NCBI RefSeq assembly: GCF_000175255.2
Contig: NC_017262.1
Coordinates: forward strand, 1,410,001 to 1,442,000
Direction: 5' to 3'
DNA: 32,000 bases
Origin: Zymomonas mobilis subsp. mobilis ATCC 10988
GTDB taxonomy: Bacteria > Pseudomonadota > Alphaproteobacteria > Sphingomonadales > Sphingomonadaceae
Shown here piece after piece: positions 30,195 through 32,000 of this stretch. Numbering within the stretch: position 1 is the stretch's first letter; each line of letters begins with the position of its first letter. The notes beneath the pieces were generated by a model. The model searched no databases. It was not told the DNA's origin and saw only the letters and a program-made list of their open reading frames with translations. The position numbers and the translations under genes are program-made.

Positions 30195-32000
30195 TTAAAA
30201 GAAACTATAGGGATCAACATCAATTGTAATGCGGACAGAAGACGGAATAGAAATCTTTGAAAGCCATTGATGAATAACTCGTTGTATCGGGATATTCCTC
30301 TTGGCTTGGATCAGAAAACGATACCGATAACGACCTCTTAACTGTAATAACGGGGCAGGTGCGGGGCCAAAGACTTCTATTCCATCGCCCTCCGGCTTTC
30401 TCTGCCCCAATTGATGGCCTACCGCCTCAGCTATTTCCTGTTTTTCAGAAGAGATAATCAAGGCGACATAGCGCCCAAAAGGCGGTGCTTCCGTTATTTC
30501 TCTGATTTCTAATTCCGTTTGATAAAAGGCTTCACGATCCCCTGATGCCAAGGCCGAAATAACAGGCGTCTCCGGTTCATATGTCTGGATAAAAACATGC
30601 CCGTCCAGAGCACTTCTTCCCGCCCGTCCAGCAACCTGTGCAATTTGCTGAAAACTATGTTCTGATGCTCTTAAATCTCCCCCTTGCAAACCGATATCCG
30701 CATCAACCACCCCAACAACGGTTAATCTTGGGAAATGATATCCCTTCGTTATCAGCTGGGTGCCAATGATTATGTCGATGGCACCTTGATCCATTTTTTC
30801 AACAAATTCGGCGGCTTGTTTGGGGGTGGCTAATGTATCCGATGTAATCGTTTCAATGCGGGCTTCTGGGAAAAGCAAAGCCGTTTCTTCTGCGATTCTT
30901 TCGACTCCGGGGCCACAGGCAACAAGGCTATCGGCTGTTTGACATTCGGGACATTTGTCTGGGACAGGCATCGTAAAACCGCAATGATGACAAATCATTT
31001 GTCCCAATTGGCGATGCTCAACCATCCATGCGGTGCAATGGGGACATTTTATACGATGACCGCAATGACGACACAGGGTGAGAGGCGCATAGCCCCGTCG
31101 ATTGAGAAAAAGCAGACCTTGCTCATGGCGTTCCACTGCATTGGTCAACGCTTTGACCAGCGGCGGGGCTAACCACCGACCTTTAGCTAGGGCTTGTTCG
31201 GTCATGTTTATCACATGAATAGTCGGTAACCCTGCTGATCCATGGCGTTCTGCCAATCGTATTTCTTTATAATTACCCAAACGTACCTGCATAACGCTTT
31301 CAATCGCGGGTGTTGCGGTCGCTAAGATAACAGGGATATTCTCGAATTTGGCGCGCATGACTGCGACATCCCGCGCTTGATAACAAACACCGTCTTCTTG
31401 TTTGAAACTGGTTTCATGTGCTTCATCAACAATAATGAGACCGATTGCCTTAAACGGTAAAAACAAGGCTGATCGCGCGCCAATAACCACTTTGGCTTGG
31501 CCTGTTACAATCGCTTGCCAATTTTTTCTGCGGCGGGCTTGCGATAAATCGGAATGCCAAACAACAGGCTCACAGCCAAAACGCGCCTGAAAGCGTTTTA
31601 AAAAAGGTTCTGTTAAAGCAATTTCGGGTAGCAATATCAGGGATTGTTTGCCGTCACGCAAAGTCTGGGCAATGGCTTCAAAATAGACTTCGGTCTTTCC
31701 TGATCCGGTCACGCCATCCAATAAGAAAGTTTCAAAGCTCTTTTTCGCTATGGATTCCTTTAAGATTTCAGCCGCTTTGCTTTGTGTCTCTGAAAGAATG
31801 GGGGCATTAAAATCAGGATCGGGTAGCGATAATACTATCTCTAAAGATGTTTTTTGTTCTGTTATCAAACCCGTTTTGATCAAAGCGCGAATAACAGCAG
31901 GTGATATTTCTGCCTTTTCTGCCAGCTCACGGACAGAGCCTTTTTCCCCTGAAAGTTTTTCTAAAGCCTGTTGTCTTAAGGGCGTTAATTTAGGCCATTC
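30195..32000 (-). CDS. priA: Primosomal protein N' (PriA helicase), N-terminus beyond the window
   Basis: Walker A DGVTGSGKTEVY, DEAH box, zinc-binding LCRHCGHRIKCPHC...MICHHCGF...CPEC, AGRAGRS. The frame stays open to base 32000 (...EWPKLTPLRQQALEKLSGEKGSVRELAEKAEISPAVIRALIKTGLI). Confidence 0.97.
   Translation of the reverse strand, partial: EWPKLTPLRQQALEKLSGEKGSVRELAEKAEISPAVIRALIKTGLITEQKTSLEIVLSLPDPDFNAPILSETQSKAAEILKESIAKKSFETFLLDGVTGSGKTEVYFEAIAQTLRDGKQSLILLPEIALTEPFLKRFQARFGCEPVVWHSDLSQARRRKNWQAIVTGQAKVVIGARSALFLPFKAIGLIIVDEAHETSFKQEDGVCYQARDVAVMRAKFENIPVILATATPAIESVMQVRLGNYKEIRLAERHGSAGLPTIHVINMTEQALAKGRWLAPPLVKALTNAVERHEQGLLFLNRRGYAPLTLCRHCGHRIKCPHCTAWMVEHRQLGQMICHHCGFTMPVPDKCPECQTADSLVACGPGVERIAEETALLFPEARIETITSDTLATPKQAAEFVEKMDQGAIDIIIGTQLITKGYHFPRLTVVGVVDADIGLQGGDLRASEHSFQQIAQVAGRAGRSALDGHVFIQTYEPETPVISALASGDREAFYQTELEIREITEAPPFGRYVALIISSEKQEIAEAVGHQLGQRKPEGDGIEVFGPAPAPLLQLRGRYRYRFLIQAKRNIPIQRVIHQWLSKISIPSSVRITIDVDPYSFF

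Overview
The window looks like ordinary chromosomal sequence from an alphaproteobacterium. GroEL, citrate synthase and gene content suggest Zymomonas mobilis or a close sphingomonad relative; this is from recognition, not a database search. Supported genes: a frame-disrupted membrane protein (ABC-2-like permease?) at the left edge, comEC(-), gltX(+), gltA(+), a DUF2336 gene plus a PleC-like sensor kinase (-), a nucleotidyltransferase/membrane fusion (-), a 1015-aa membrane-anchored coiled-coil protein (+), a small secreted protein (+), a GT4 glycosyltransferase (+), recN(+), malic enzyme(+), groES-groEL(-) with a clear CIRCE and a sigma32-like promoter, sppA(+), an apparent UbiT-UbiU fusion followed by ubiV(+), an LTA-synthase-like sulfatase-fold transferase(-), a KpsS-like capsule gene(+) and priA(-, truncated by the window). 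I found no CRISPR array, rRNA, tRNA, prophage, transposon or defence island. The best leads are: (1) the fused UbiT-UbiU protein, with an A8 tract near the domain junction and a perfect inverted repeat around a plausible promoter; (2) an A8-associated frame break in the left-edge membrane gene; (3) degenerate catalytic motifs in the kinase H-box and in the nucleotidyltransferase/CDP-alcohol-phosphatidyltransferase-like fusion; (4) a TipN-like coiled-coil protein; (5) several perfect intergenic inverted repeats and convergent genes whose stop codons touch. I do not see strong evidence for an entirely new multi-gene system.
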